In this document: one piece after another, positions 62,780 through 64,000 of the stretch
How positions within the stretch are numbered: the stretch's first letter is position 1
Layout of the letters: every line of letters begins with the position of its first letter
Notes under the pieces: generated by a model
The model's input: the letters and a program-made list of their open reading frames with translations, nothing else
What the model was told of the DNA's origin: nothing
Databases searched by the model: none
DNA from: Lama guanicoe
Taxonomy: Eukaryota
Assembly (NCBI GenBank): GCA_013239625.1
Contig: MU057344.1
Span: 126,276-190,275 of the forward strand
Length of the DNA: 64,000 bases
Direction: 5' to 3'
Program-made: the position numbers and the translations under genes

Positions 62780-64000
62780 CAGCCCCTGGCCCAGCCCCTG
62801 GGCTGCCCTGCCTCTGTACATCAGGCTGTGTCTTCCAGGCTTCAGGCGAGCGGACCACACTGCACACACACACCCTGTGCCTGGCTCCTTCCCTTCCCAT
62901 GGTGATCTTCAGATCGTCCACTGGGGCCGGACGGTGTCTGTGGTGAGGATGTCCTAGGCCCAGTGCTGCGACGGGCCAGGGCGGTGTCCACATTTGGTGA
63001 CTGGGTGATGCTGCAGGGATGTTCTTGTGCCCACCTCTGCATGGACACCAGTCTTCCTTTCTCTTGGATAAATACCTAGGCCCGGAACCACTGGGCCCAG
63101 GTGACCTTCTGAGAAGCTGCCCACCTGTCTTCCAGTGGCGGCCGTGTGTACACCCCCACCAGCACGGTACACGGCTCAGCTGCTCCAGCCTTGCCAGCTC
63201 GTGGCCTCGCACTGGTGGGCAAGCAGCGGGTCCTCCTGGATGTTTCATCCTGCATTTCCCTGGTAACCAACGACAGTCAGCATCTCTCTTCTGCTTCTCA
63301 GCGTACACACGTCTTCCCACCTCTCCTGTGACATAACCATCCGCACCTCTGGGCCACCTTGTTCAGTCAGGTTGTCTATTATTATGTGCTAGTTCCTCAT
63401 GTGTTGTCAGGTAAATGCACTGCAAACATTGTCTCCCATCTGTGACTTGCCATTTCATTTTCTTAAGGGTATCTTTAGGAGAACAAATGCTTACATTTTG
63501 ATAAAATTGAATGCATTGGTTTTTTTCTTTTATGGTTCTTGCTTTCTGCATCCTAAGGAATCCCTGCCTTGACCTCAGGGTCACAAAGATTCCCTGTGTT
63601 TTCTTCTACAAGTTTTATAGTCTCAGTCTGTATATTGTGAACTGCTTTTGCGAGGATGGTGTCAAGCAAAGATCAAGGTTGTCTCTTTCTCTATGTACAT
63701 CCAGTTGCTGCAGGACCATTCATTAAAAAAACTTTCCTTTCTATGTTGAATTATCTCGACACCTTTGTTGGGAATCAGCTGTCGTGTGTGGGTCTATTTC
63801 TGGACTTTCTATTCTATTCCACTCACTTACGTGTCTTTCCTTCACCAAGGACACATACTGAACCTCAACTACTGAAGCTTTACAGAGAGTCTGACACCTG
63901 GTGGAGTAAAGCCCTGCTCTGTTTAATCACTTTGACAAGTCTCGGTCACCGGCATTCCATACTTCAGAATCATCTTGTCATGACAAAAGAGCCTGCTGCA
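62780..64000 (-). mobile_element. Old L1 (L1M) fragment, ORF2 3' region / 3' end, runs off the window
   Basis: Antisense L1 hallmarks: tttctcttggataaatacctagg, tgcatttccctg, gtcacaaagatt...ttttcttcta, ccagttg...accattcattaaaa, gggtctatttctggactttctattctattcca. Confidence 0.8.

Overview
GC-rich mammalian genomic DNA, most likely a camelid (two tRNA-derived SINEs of the camelid type; no ruminant or primate SINEs seen), syntenic to human 1p36.33. The + strand carries AGRN from the NtA exon 2 to the stop and polyA site (1492-32036), including the alternative transmembrane (SN) first exon and the y, z8 and z11 micro-exons. The - strand carries RNF223 and C1orf159. The main finding lies between AGRN and RNF223: an apparently intact 15-exon gene (33714-45868, about 581 aa) with its own CpG/GC-box promoter, encoding a tandem-SH2 tyrosine phosphatase. 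It is a third SHP family member with PTPN11-like exon sizes and phases and all catalytic motifs. It differs from SHP2 in several ways: both C-terminal YxN motifs are lost, it has V56/S58 and M253, the intron-13 donor is non-GT, and an intronless SRGAP1 fragment sits in intron 3. Two candidate poison micro-exons were also found in AGRN introns. Exon boundaries were read by eye from AG/GT sites and frame continuity. Comparisons to human proteins are from recall, not from a database search.
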